In this document: positions 41,901 through 51,685 of the stretch, piece after piece
How positions within the stretch are numbered: the first letter of the stretch is position 1
Layout of the letters: each line of letters opens with the position of its first letter
From: a virus
Direction: 5' to 3' (one strand)
Virus record (IMG/VR): IMGVR_UViG_3300013125_000006
Coordinates: 1 to 64,000 of that record
DNA length: 64,000 nt
Notes under the pieces: generated by a model
What the model was told of the DNA's origin: nothing
What the model saw: only the letters and a program-made list of their open reading frames with translations
Database searches by the model: none
Position numbers and translations under genes: made by a program

Positions 41901-43552
41901 AAGCAATTGAAAAACATACAGTAAATTATTTTGAATGGAACTTAGATACAATTGCACATAGAGTTGCATTTAATAAAATCAGAAAATTTACTATGGATAA
42001 AAAACTTCCTATTATAAATGCTTACATATGATGGATTAAATTTTTAGCTGGAAAAGAAAATGAAGATATATCAAATCAATTGGAGTATATCTCAAATCAG
42101 ATGAGTCTGTCTATATATGATGAACCAATAATTGATGATGAATTTAAAGATTATGCAAAAGTAACAGCAACTTTGAAAAGATTATCTACTGCAATGTTAT
42201 TAGCCTTTAGACCTGCGTTATTTGTAAAGGAAATGACCATAGGATTATTTAAAGGAATGTCTTTAGCAGCTACTCAAATATATGGAAAAGATCAATTTAC
42301 AGTGCAGGATTTAAGTTCAGCATATGCAAAACTATTAGCAATAGACCATAAATTCTCTGAAGAATTTAATTTAATTGATAGACTAAATCACTATTACAGA
42401 TTTGCGAATATGGATGTTAATACAATATCTAAAAAATTGCAAACTGATAGACATGGACTATTCAGAGGAGTTGGAAGATATATGTATATGTGTAATACAA
42501 TTCCAGATTATTATAATAGGTTATCTATATTTTTAGCTAAAATGATTCATGATGGAAGTTATGAAGCACATAATTTAATTGATGGAAAATTTATATATGA
42601 TGCTACTAAAGATAAGAGATTTGAATATTATCTTGCTAATAGAAAAAACCATATGAAGAATGGAAAATATATTGCTGCTCAAAGTGATAAAAAATACAAT
42701 GAGCAAAGGCAGAGATATCTAATTCTCCAAGATCAATTAAATAAGGAATATAGCGGAGAAAGAGTGTTTACAGAATATGATGAAGAATTAGTTCCAAAAG
42801 CATATTCAGAAATAGAAAGAACAAGTTTAAAATCTTTCTCTGATATGGCTTATGGATATTATGATAAAGATGCTCAATCACAAGCAAATAATACTTGGTG
42901 AGGAATGACATGATTACAGTTCATGCAATTCTGGCCAGGTAAAATGAAAATGTGATTTGCTACTCCATCAGAAGAAAGTCCAATGGGAAAAATTCAACAC
43001 AAATATATAGTAGATAAAGATGGTACTAAAATATACCAATACCATAAAACAATAGAATCAGAAAATGGAAATATATATACAGAAGAAACTGAGGAAGATA
43101 CTGGTGATCCAGTATTAGAATGGGTGGGAACTCCTTATGAAGGATTATATTATTCTGTCGTAGGAACTTTAAAAGATATATTTACATTAAATTTTTCACA
43201 CATAAAGAATTCAGAAGAAAGAAATAGAAGAGCTTTAATGGCACTTGCTGATGCTGGATTAATATTTATGTTATTTAAATTTGTTCAAATACTACTTGAT
43301 TCTTTTATAGAAGAAAATGGAACAGATGGAATATCTGGAAGTTTAGCTTCAATGTCTAGCTCCATAAATAAGAAGGTAACAAATGAATATAATGTATATC
43401 AGAGTACACTTGGAGGAGTTAGTTCAGAGCCTGTATTTTTATCTTGAGGAAAGAAAACAGCTAGTGATGTATGATCTGCATTGAATGGGGATAAAGATAT
43501 CACTGAGGTAATGACTAGAAATGTCGGTGCTGCAGAAGTATTCAAATGGTAA
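38948..43552 (+). CDS. Large virion protein with PD-(D/E)xK (RecB-like) nuclease domain, 1534 aa (TGA=Trp)
   Basis: Six same-frame ORFs joined through 11 TGAs. GILLHD...TE...LKGKIDLIAVD...IFEIKVS...QLALY lies largely in the stretch the ORF track missed (39566-39973). Confidence 0.8.
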
Positions 43553-43555
43553 TGT

Positions 43556-43600
43556 AAAAAAAAATAGCCCTACTGCGCAATTGCGGTAGGGCTATTTTTA
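43556..43600. terminator. Bidirectional intrinsic terminator between the convergent late and early blocks
   Basis: AAAAATAGCCCTACTGC-GCAATT-GCGGTAGGGCTATTTTT inverted repeat flanked by A and T tracts. Confidence 0.9.
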
Positions 43601-44245
43601 TATTAAGGAATTTGCATAATATTCTCTTATTGGAGAATAAAGTTTCATCCTTTCAAAATGTGTTGCAAAACTTTTTGCTGCGTCTTTTGCAGTAGAAGTT
43701 TTAAGAAGTTCTTTTAATGCCTTATTTTCATAAGTTTGTAATTCCTCCCAAATAAAATCAAGTTGAATTTTTGGGTCTGAATAATCTGCACCATTATTTT
43801 TAGCAAATTGTATTAAATTATTAAATCTATTATTATGCCATTGAGCAAGTCCATAAGAAGTTTTATTGTCTCCATAAACTGATGGATTAAAATTAGATTC
43901 TGCCTGTAAATTTCCAGCAATTCCTGCTGCTTGTTCTTTAGATAATCCCTTAGAAACAAAATAATTTACTACATATTTCCCAAATTCATTTATAGGTATC
44001 TTAGTAGTATTAGATGATTTTTTTGGAATAGTAGGAATATTTAATCCAATAAAATTTATAGATTCTTTAGTTTCATCTGGAGGTTCTGGAATACTTTCAG
44101 ATTTAGCTTCCTCAAATTGTAAAAAATTTGATATAGCTGGATTTTCAGGAGTTATATCATTATCTAGATAATATTTAACAATATCCTCTTTATCAGGATT
44201 AGGCGTAAGTTCAATTGGTTTAAAGGTTGCAAAATTTGATTCCAT
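43598..44245 (-). CDS. Phage tail-type lysozyme (Phage_lysozyme2-like) with N-terminal low-complexity region, 215 aa
   Basis: YFVSKGLSKEQAAGIAGNLQAESNFNP...YGLAQWH...QLDFIWEEL. The start is placed at MESNF (44245) because the longer track start runs into a terminator. Confidence 0.8.
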   Translation of the reverse strand: MESNFATFKPIELTPNPDKEDIVKYYLDNDITPENPAISNFLQFEEAKSESIPEPPDETKESINFIGLNIPTIPKKSSNTTKIPINEFGKYVVNYFVSKGLSKEQAAGIAGNLQAESNFNPSVYGDNKTSYGLAQWHNNRFNNLIQFAKNNGADYSDPKIQLDFIWEELQTYENKALKELLKTSTAKDAAKSFATHFERMKLYSPIREYYANSLI

Positions 44246-44307
44246 TTTATGTAATTTTAAAACGCAAAAATAATACAAATAAATTAAAATAATTGTATAA
44301 TTAATGT

Positions 44308-44352
44308 AAAAAAAATTTGGGGACAAACGATTACTCGTAAGTCCCCAAATTT
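44308..44352 (-). terminator. Intrinsic terminator ending the minus-strand early operon upstream of the lysozyme
   Basis: Stem AAATTTGGGGAC / GTCCCCAAATTT with a poly-U tail on the minus strand. Confidence 0.75.
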
Positions 44353-44387
44353 AAAAATACAAAAAAAAAATAAACAAAACACAAAAA

Positions 44388-44648
44388 TTAATACACATAG
44401 GTATTAATAATTATTCCTTTCTTATCAAATGCAGTAAGAACAGTCAAATCAACTGAATTTGCTGCATCTATAAGAGCTCTTCTAAGATCAAAGATTCCAT
44501 TATTAATTAGAGTCAAGATCCCATTTAATTCTTCAGCAGAAATATTTTTATTCTTTTTAAATAAAACGTAGTCTACTATGAATTTATTAACATCTTCTAA
44601 TTCTACTTTCTTTGATGTAAGTATTTTTTTAATTAAATTCTTGTCCAT
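44388..44648 (-). CDS. Hypothetical protein
   Basis: ATG ORF in a tightly packed minus-strand operon. Confidence 0.6.
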   Translation of the reverse strand: MDKNLIKKILTSKKVELEDVNKFIVDYVLFKKNKNISAEELNGILTLINNGIFDLRRALIDAANSVDLTVLTAFDKKGIIINTYVY

Positions 44649-44658
44649 TAAAAATATT

Positions 44659-45075
44659 CTAAAGTTCTATTTTAACGTACTTTTCATACATATTCATTAT
44701 AACATCAATTCCAACCGATTTCTCGCGCTCAGAATCTCTTCTAATACATTCTTCAACTGGGGTATCAAAATACTTCTCCGTGAAGGAAATACCTTTTATA
44801 TCAGAAATCCTTTTCCAATATTTATAGTGAATTTTTGAAAAATTCGTATCATCAACAATAAGAGATTTTCCAGTCCACAAAATTGCTAGACCCATTTCTC
44901 TTTCTATGTTTAATACCAGATCTTCAAAATCTCTAGAATATTTAGGATTGCCTAATAATATTCTTAAATCATCTTTATTTATTCTTACATAATTTGGATT
45001 ATCTAAACAAAATTGCTTAGCCCAAGTTGTTTTTCCACTTCCAGGTAATCCAACACAAAAAATTATTTCTTGCAT
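44659..45075 (-). CDS. Polynucleotide kinase-like P-loop kinase (AAA_33; kinase domain only)
   Basis: GLPGSGKTTWA, RINKDDLR, IVDDTN and TPVEECIRRD, resembling the T4 PseT kinase domain; no HAD phosphatase domain. Confidence 0.8.
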   Translation of the reverse strand: MQEIIFCVGLPGSGKTTWAKQFCLDNPNYVRINKDDLRILLGNPKYSRDFEDLVLNIEREMGLAILWTGKSLIVDDTNFSKIHYKYWKRISDIKGISFTEKYFDTPVEECIRRDSEREKSVGIDVIMNMYEKYVKIEL

Positions 45076-45281
45076 ATCACAAAATGTTCTATTATCATGT
45101 CTCCTTTATTAGGGCCAAAATAAGCTATTTCTCCTTTAATATAATCAACTAAAATAGCTTTATAAATTTTGCCTCTTTTAAATTTACCAAAATTTTCTAA
45201 GAATTTGCATCCATAATATACAAAAATATGATTTGTATTATTTGAAATTAATTCTTCATATGTTATAGGAAGGATGTTCAT
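45063..45281 (-). CDS. Hypothetical protein
   Basis: Short ORF overlapping both neighbours. Confidence 0.5.
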   Translation of the reverse strand: MNILPITYEELISNNTNHIFVYYGCKFLENFGKFKRGKIYKAILVDYIKGEIAYFGPNKGDMIIEHFVICKK

Positions 45282-46083
45282 TAGATATAATATTTAATAA
45301 TTCATAAGTCTTTCCTAGTAAATCCTCCATAGAACCATTATTTATAATATCATAATCAAATTTATAGTTATTCAGCTCATTTTCAGAAATATGTTTACTA
45401 GAAAAATTTTCAGGGACATCAGTCCTAATTATCTTGATTATAATGCCTTCAACTCTTTTAATAGCCTGCACTTCATTTTTAAATCTAACATCAGTTATAA
45501 TCCAATCTGGGGAAATATCTTCATAATCTGGAGATTCTACTCCTCCTTCATAGAAAATTGGATTATTATAAGCATATTTATTCATTAGAGCATTTACCCA
45601 AATATCTGGATGTATGACATTTCTCATTGCATTAGTGCCAATTTCCTGCAAAAAAGATCTGATTGTAGGAAATTCAGCACGAATAGCTCCATCAGTAATA
45701 TAATTATGGGCGTAATCCGCATCTTCAATTGAGGAAAAAATAAATTTTTTAAAATACAAATTATGGTCTGCATCTGTGTATTGTCTTTCAAAATAATATC
45801 TGTACCAGCTAGGATTCAAAAATTTAGCCTTAACTTCTGGAAGTTCTAAGTCCTCTATAGAAATATTAAATATTATAGAGCATACCTGTTTCAATGCATA
45901 GGCAAATTTTTTAATAGCCCACCCACATTTTAAATCATGTCCATTATTTATATAACTATTGAAATCTTCTAAAGAAGATGGATTAGTATATCCATTTCTT
46001 TTTCTATCAATATGATATTGAAACATTTTACCTACAGTATCCTTTCCAGATCCTATTTTTCCATGTATTCCTATTATTGCCAT
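45256..46083 (-). CDS. Deoxynucleoside monophosphate kinase
   Basis: IIGIHGKIGSGKDT, RSFLQEIGT, WIITDVRFKNE and HISE motifs of T4 gp1-type dNMP kinases. Ends at TGA, or at TAA 45238 if TGA is read as Trp. Confidence 0.85.
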   Translation of the reverse strand: MAIIGIHGKIGSGKDTVGKMFQYHIDRKRNGYTNPSSLEDFNSYINNGHDLKCGWAIKKFAYALKQVCSIIFNISIEDLELPEVKAKFLNPSWYRYYFERQYTDADHNLYFKKFIFSSIEDADYAHNYITDGAIRAEFPTIRSFLQEIGTNAMRNVIHPDIWVNALMNKYAYNNPIFYEGGVESPDYEDISPDWIITDVRFKNEVQAIKRVEGIIIKIIRTDVPENFSSKHISENELNNYKFDYDIINNGSMEDLLGKTYELLNIISNEHPSYNI

Positions 46084-46112
46084 ATTAATAAATATTAACT
46101 GAAAGATTATTA

Positions 46113-46286
46113 CTATACATATAATAGCAGGCAGTTAGAAGGATTAAAGTAAACAGAATATTCTTTATTTATATATTCATATAATTCGTATTCATCCATA
46201 TCAATTATAATATTTTTATCTATACTGAATATACTTACATTTTCATTCTCATAATCTAAGATTACAACTTTAAATCTATTCTCCAT
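46113..46286 (-). CDS. Small hypothetical protein (possibly frameshifted near the 3' end)
   Basis: MENRFKVVILDYENE... 57-aa ORF filling the gap between genes; below the track cutoff. Confidence 0.4.
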   Translation of the reverse strand: MENRFKVVILDYENENVSIFSIDKNIIIDMDEYELYEYINKEYSVYFNPSNCLLLYV

Positions 46287-46461
46287 ATTTTATCCTTTCC
46301 TCACATTCATCACAATATTGTGCAGGGATCTTTATATTACCTTTAGATGCTTCAATTTCTTCTGGAGTAAAAAACTCTTCTTCCTTAATTACTATATTAC
46401 ATTTAGAGCATATCAATACTCTAACATTTTTTATAGATTTAAATTTAGCTTTGTGCTTCAC
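46276..46461 (-). CDS. Small zinc-finger-like hypothetical protein
   Basis: CSKC...YCDEC motif pair. Confidence 0.6.
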   Translation of the reverse strand: MKHKAKFKSIKNVRVLICSKCNIVIKEEEFFTPEEIEASKGNIKIPAQYCDECEERIKYGE

Positions 46462-46759
46462 TTTTTTCTAATTGAAATTTTAGATTTAATATTGATTCAT
46501 ATGTAGACATCCCACCTTCAAATGGATATTTATTTTTCCATTCATTTTCTATATATGTTTTTTCTGAAGAATTAGTTGGTAGCATAGTAGCAAGCCTTTC
46601 AGATTCAACAATAATATAATCAATTACATCTTCATAATATCTTTTTTCTGGAATAAAAAAAGCACTAGATTCAGAAGATAATATAGCCTCTTTTTCAAAC
46701 CAATCTTCTTCCATATAAGCCTGAACCTCAGGCCATTCAATCAAAATATATTTTTCCAT
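46445..46759 (-). CDS. Hypothetical protein
   Basis: Begins MEKYILIEWPEVQAYME; sits in operon context. Confidence 0.6.
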   Translation of the reverse strand: MEKYILIEWPEVQAYMEEDWFEKEAILSSESSAFFIPEKRYYEDVIDYIIVESERLATMLPTNSSEKTYIENEWKNKYPFEGGMSTYESILNLKFQLEKSEAQS

Positions 46760-46844
46760 AATTATTTAATAATTTTTAAAAGGTACTCCTCCAAAAGTTC
46801 TGATAAACAAGTTCCCCCATTATAAAAACTGATATTCTGTGTAA

Positions 46845-47065
46845 CTCATAATTCCATTAAAAATTTATATAACTCATAATTCCATCTAGCATCTGCAAGA
46901 GCATTATGTTCATTAATTTGTTTTGGGTAATTAGTGGTACTCTTAATAGTTTCTACCATCTGTAATTAGATCTACTTTTTCTGATGCAAGGAATAGATCC
47001 AATTTATCTAATTTTTCTTCTAATTCGACTTGTTCGTCAATTAGTCTCCTTTTAAAATCACTCAT
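46845..47065 (-). pseudogene. Chimeric remnant: N-terminal coiled-coil fragment joined out of frame to the C-terminus of a DEDD 3'-5' exoribonuclease
   Basis: MSDFKRRLIDEQVELEEKLDKLDLFL stops after 40 aa. An overlapping frame gives YPKQINEHNALADARWNYELYKFL, the Rv2179c-like exonuclease C-terminal motif. Confidence 0.5.
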
Positions 47066-48165
47066 TATTTTTCTTTATTTTCTAAAAAGAATCTGTATTG
47101 AACAAATCCTCTTAAATTATTACACCAACCATAACGATTTCCGTTATTAGGATTTTCTCCAATTAATTCTTCTTCAAACATTTTTTTATGAACTATAGGA
47201 TAGTTTTCATAGTTTACTATTCCCCACTGATCTAGTGTTGTTGGATATTTACCTTTAATAAAAGAATAATATTCTAATTCAGTCATACATTTAGCTACAT
47301 GCTCAAATGGAGACATATGTTTATTCTTTAGCAGAGTGTGAAATAGTTCAATGTCTTTCTTATAATTTATTTCGTCGTCAAAAGTCATATAAGATAAACG
47401 AGCACATCTAGCAACAGCTACTGCTACTTTCAGTTCATCTATATCATAACAATTATCAAGTTCAACAATATCATAATCATGTAAAGCATTACTATCCATT
47501 TGATCTCCAAATGGTATATGCCATTCACCAGCTTGAAGTATCTGTGGAGTAGACTCATTACGAGCATCCCACATAGCTTCTGCTAATGCTTGAATATGAA
47601 TTTCTGCTTGAGATTTATTAATACTTCTAAAACCTTCTTCAGATAATACACCAGCTAAACCATGAGTATTAAGATAATCTTTTTTACTTTTAAAGACATT
47701 TTCTTGATTATCTGTATATTTAGGACACCTTAATTCAAAAAAGTTTTCCCACTCTGTAGCCGTTACTAAAGTAGTATGCCACATAAAAGGCTCTAATAAT
47801 CTATTACAGAGTTGTTTGGTAACAAATTCTTCTTTATTGAGAATTTTAGCGGCTCTTACAGCGTCTTTTCTTGCGTATAACCATTCCTCTTTTGCAACAT
47901 CAACCATAGTTTCATCAAGATATTCAACTCCTTGCATACCTTTATGATCTTTTTGCCAAGCTATTGGTATAAAAGGGTCTTCTTCAACCATTTTAACCAT
48001 TTTCTCAAATGGTATAGCCCTACTACTTGCAGAGTTTCTAGAAAATAATCTATGAGTCATTACTTCTCCATGAATGAATCTAGGATAAGTCAATAAAAAC
48101 GTAGTTATCCTATGTCCTTGAGGTGAGATACTGTCTGCTACAATTTTAGCTTCTATTTTTTTCAT
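47065..48165 (-). CDS. thyX: FAD-dependent thymidylate synthase
   Basis: THRLFSRNSASSRAIP ThyX motif, CARLSY and HMSPFEH. Confidence 0.9.
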   Translation of the reverse strand: MKKIEAKIVADSISPQGHRITTFLLTYPRFIHGEVMTHRLFSRNSASSRAIPFEKMVKMVEEDPFIPIAWQKDHKGMQGVEYLDETMVDVAKEEWLYARKDAVRAAKILNKEEFVTKQLCNRLLEPFMWHTTLVTATEWENFFELRCPKYTDNQENVFKSKKDYLNTHGLAGVLSEEGFRSINKSQAEIHIQALAEAMWDARNESTPQILQAGEWHIPFGDQMDSNALHDYDIVELDNCYDIDELKVAVAVARCARLSYMTFDDEINYKKDIELFHTLLKNKHMSPFEHVAKCMTELEYYSFIKGKYPTTLDQWGIVNYENYPIVHKKMFEEELIGENPNNGNRYGWCNNLRGFVQYRFFLENKEK

Positions 48166-48176
48166 TATAATAAAAA

Positions 48177-48425
48177 TTAAGAAATATCTTCACTCATATT
48201 ATTGATGGGATTTGTTAAATCATTTTTAACACTTCCAATAAAAGGATTGTACGTTCTTCTAAATCCAAATAATTTATTAATATCATTTTCATGATATAAT
48301 ATTTCACTAGATAGATAATATAATTTTCCCTTTAAATAATTTTTAATATATTTATTTTGTAGAATAAGATGCTCTCTATATTCTTCAAAAGACATATTTT
48401 CTGATCTCTTAGTTATTATCTCCAT
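48177..48425 (-). CDS. Hypothetical protein
   Basis: ORF in operon. Confidence 0.55.
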   Translation of the reverse strand: MEIITKRSENMSFEEYREHLILQNKYIKNYLKGKLYYLSSEILYHENDINKLFGFRRTYNPFIGSVKNDLTNPINNMSEDIS

Positions 48426-48636
48426 CTAAAATCTCTATTTTAAATTTATCAGAATCAAATTCATAAAAAATCTCTTCAATAGCATCACTGTCTGTTAAAG
48501 CTTTGATTATTAGTTCTTTTGAACAACTTTCTAAACTAGTAACTTCATCTAAATAATTGTAATTTAAGTACTCATTTACAATTTCTAATATAATTGAATC
48601 AGAAATATTAGTTTCACTTGTATACTTTATTTTCAT
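48409..48636 (-). CDS. Hypothetical acidic protein
   Basis: ORF in operon. Confidence 0.55.
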   Translation of the reverse strand: MKIKYTSETNISDSIILEIVNEYLNYNYLDEVTSLESCSKELIIKALTDSDAIEEIFYEFDSDKFKIEILDGDNN

Positions 48637-48643
48637 AATTTGT

Positions 48644-49045
48644 TTACTTTAAATTATGTTTAATTTTTAACTTTTCTTTATCTGCATTTGTTATAGTAGT
48701 TTTATTTCTGCCTATATGCCAAAAGCCACATTTACTACATTTATATGCTATTCTTTTATGAATGGTCTCAGGTTTAATATTATAAAGAATAGCTGCATGA
48801 ATTGCAGCTTTATCAGTTTCATATTTTACCTTATTTTATAAAACACTTCGCCAGAATTAACATCTTTATGAAAAAATGTTTTACATTCAAAAGCACCTGT
48901 TTCTATATCAGATGAATAACATTTAAAAGTATATTTCTTAGAATCGGAGGTTAAAATCAGAGACCCATTTATTATTTCTGCATGATTAATTGAATCAATA
49001 CTTCCAGGAAGAATTGATATAATTTAAAAAAGTGTTTTTATCCAT
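48644..49045 (-). pseudogene. Frameshifted gene with C-terminal AYKCxxCGxWHIG zinc-binding motif
   Basis: Three frames join as MDKNTFLNY / ISILPGS...EVFYK / NKVKYETDKAA...AYKCSKCGFWHIGR...LK*. The shifts fall at a TA repeat and an A run. Confidence 0.55.
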
Positions 49046-49063
49046 AAAAGAATCATTTAAATT

Positions 49064-51675
49064 TTAATTTTCAGATTCGATATCTTCAACTCCTTCGTCA
49101 AGAAGTTTAGTTTCTCTTTCATAAAATCTGTTAGATTTTTGTTTATATGCCTCAAAATCAAGTCTCTCAATTCTTAGAACTATACCTTCCTCAGGAACTT
49201 TATTTTTACACATAAAACAATCCCTTTCATTATAAGTTTGTTTTATTTCTGTTAAGAACTCTTCATTCCATTTTTGATCAGGAAAATTATGAGGCTCTTC
49301 TGCTAAATGATAGATGTAAGTAAAGCAGTCTTTAGCGAAACCATAATATAATTCAGGAACAGCATTTAATCCATTCTTTTTACAGAAATCTTGTACTTGT
49401 TTAGCACTAAATTCTATAACTTTACCATCCACATTTGTAGAAGTAATACGATAGATATAAATAGCATGTTTATTAGCTTCACAACCATAGTCATAATCCT
49501 TTTGAATAGCTCCTCCGTTAGGTAAAAATCCAACAATCTCATAATACAGAGTCATTCCTTTTGTAAGAAATGGTTCTAATTCTTTATGAGCAATTCCCCA
49601 AATATCTTCTCCATAATAATGTTGAGCATTTGGATTGAGTTCTTCGTTCTTTATAACCTTGCGACTTGAGTATAGATAATCGTAATTTTCAGTTCTTATA
49701 TTTACTTTAAATTTCGATAATAATTTTTCAAACCAATTAAGTTTTCTCTTACATAAAACATAGGAAGAAATTCCACTCGTACCATGAAGTTTAAAGCTGA
49801 TTTGAATTAAATCAGTTGGATTAATTCGATGTAAGTTTTTGTAAAGCATACTTGTCAGTATTGTTATCATAAAGGCTTTTTATCCTTTATTTCTAGGAAT
49901 TTCTTCCTTACTATAGATTGCTTCAGATCTATAGATATTCTGATTTATTCATCAGATAGCTCAGCGTACATTTTCACCTACGACTTTACGTTTAGGTGTT
50001 GGATACTCTTGGAGGAATTATATTCTATTTCTAGATTCATCCTCTACGCGTTACACTACTTAACTTTATTAAAGGTTAAGTTAGTTCGGTATTTCCAATA
50101 TTTCTTTAAATTTATTATATTTTCTATTCATAAAAATTGTAGAATTTTTATATAAAAGATTAAAAATAGATTCAATTTCAGATTTTTGATGTATAGATAT
50201 AGTTAAACAATTTTTATCAATTCTTTTACTTATAGTAAAATTAAATTTTTCTAAAAAGTTTGAAATTTCTAATAATATACTATGATCTAAACTAATAATA
50301 CTAAAATTATAATTAATATAATTATAAATTTTTTCTTCATCTTGTTTAGCAACATGTTTTTTAGATACTTTACTATATCCTATATGTCCATCTCCATCAA
50401 AATAGCCTCTGATAAAATGAAACATTAGTTCTTCTGGAACAATATTAATTATAGATTTAGTTAAATAAGTCTTATTTTCACCTAAACCAAAATCACATAA
50501 AGTGTTAACTATATCTTTAGAAGATATACTTAATTTACACATTGTATTAGTTTTTATTCCATAATTATTAATCCTTTCATCAGAAAAATTTATATTCGCA
50601 TTAGGAGATAATATATCTCGAATTTTTTCAAGAATATCTATATCTAATGTAGATATTCCTATACTAAATTTATAACCTTGATGAGAATCACCTTTATATA
50701 CACTACCATCAGCAATGTAAAAACCTAAAATATAAGCTTTTTCTTCTGAATCTATTTTATTAAAAAAATCATGTTTAATTGATTCTTTGACTATATTTAA
50801 TCTTCTTTTTATTCCAAATTTATTAAAATATTTATACATTGTAGGTACAGATACTTGATAAATTTCACACAATTCTTTGAATTTTAATTCTCCGGAATAA
50901 TATTTTTCTATTAATTCAGGATCAAATGATTTAATTTTTTCTTTTGCCATTTTTATATATTTTATAAGTAATATACAAATATACTATATAAAAATCAATA
51001 AAAATATTAAATCATAAAATATTTTAAATATTAAAGCAAACTTAGGATTCACCGAGTTTACCCAATAAAACTTTCTACATTTCTGTAAAAATCGACACAC
51101 AATGTATCTTCATGAAATCTAAATTGATTTTCTATCAATTTACTTTCATATTTCTTCGCTCTCTTATTACCTTTACCACTTCCAGGAAGTCCAGGAGTTT
51201 TAGATTTTTTGATTACATATTTTCTACAAATCTCAATCCCATTAAGTTCATCGAAAGTATCACCAATATTAATATTGACTTCTTTTGGATACCATAATCC
51301 TGTTTTAGATGGATTGAAAGTATCTGGGAAAATATAAGCTAAACAACCTATAGGCATAAATAATCCTTCAGATTTATGACCTCTAAATTTTACGCATCTT
51401 ATTCTTCCATTTTCTTCAAAATAACCTTTCTTAGTATTGTCAGCATTTAATTCTGGTTTTCTATAAAGATTATTTGCCTTTAAGAAAGACTCAGTTAACT
51501 GAGTTTCTAAAGGAAAGTATAATCCTATATCACCCTCTTTCGTACTTCTATCTACTATTACTTGGTTACCCATAATAATAGCAGCTTGTACAAAGTCACA
51601 GCCCGCTAATGGCACTAAAGTCTTAATCTCTACAACTACAGCTGCGTAATTATCATTTTTTGGCTTGTTTAACAT
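49064..51675 (-). CDS. RNA ligase (Rnl2-type) with N-terminal OB/tRNA-binding-like domain, 453 aa; exons 51675-51106 and 49855-49064
   Basis: Nucleotidyltransferase motifs KLHGTS, YYEIVG, PEEGIVLR and KQKS. The spliced junction reads FHED|TSMLYKN. Confidence 0.85.
50081..50950 (-). CDS. Intron-encoded LAGLIDADG homing endonuclease with N-terminal HTH, 289 aa
   Basis: AYILGFYIADGSV and FIRGYFDGDGHI motifs. Confidence 0.9.
   Translation of the reverse strand: MAKEKIKSFDPELIEKYYSGELKFKELCEIYQVSVPTMYKYFNKFGIKRRLNIVKESIKHDFFNKIDSEEKAYILGFYIADGSVYKGDSHQGYKFSIGISTLDIDILEKIRDILSPNANINFSDERINNYGIKTNTMCKLSISSKDIVNTLCDFGLGENKTYLTKSIINIVPEELMFHFIRGYFDGDGHIGYSKVSKKHVAKQDEEKIYNYINYNFSIISLDHSILLEISNFLEKFNFTISKRIDKNCLTISIHQKSEIESIFNLLYKNSTIFMNRKYNKFKEILEIPN
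50976..50983 (-). promoter_or_regulatory. Bacteroidota-type -7 promoter element (TATATTTG) upstream of the intron HEG
   Basis: Matches TAnnTTTG about 26 nt upstream of ATG 50950. Confidence 0.55.
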
Positions 51676-51685
51676 TTTATTAATT

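Larger units (their letters stand above)
49856..51105 (-). mobile_element. Group I intron in the RNA ligase gene
   Basis: P1 GAT|ACA...TGTGTC with U.G at the splice site; P10 TTGT/ACAA; terminal G at 49856. Core-like segments AAACTCGGTGAA, ATACCGAACTAA, GTGTAACGCGTA and AAATGTACGCTG. Removal restores the frame. Confidence 0.8.

Noticed and set aside
109-43447. Treating the many + strand ORF fragments as separate genes or pseudogenes
   Set aside because: All breaks are in-frame TGA at Trp-compatible positions with no frameshifts; recoding explains them.
1-43552. TGA as selenocysteine, glycine or simple leaky readthrough
   Set aside because: Recognisable motifs require Trp, and up to 11 TGAs per gene demand efficient decoding.
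44246-44326. Longer TTG start for the lysozyme with a hydrophobic signal-like N-terminus
   Set aside because: The extension overlaps the terminator and the AT-rich spacer, so ATG 44245 is more plausible, though the longer start is not excluded.
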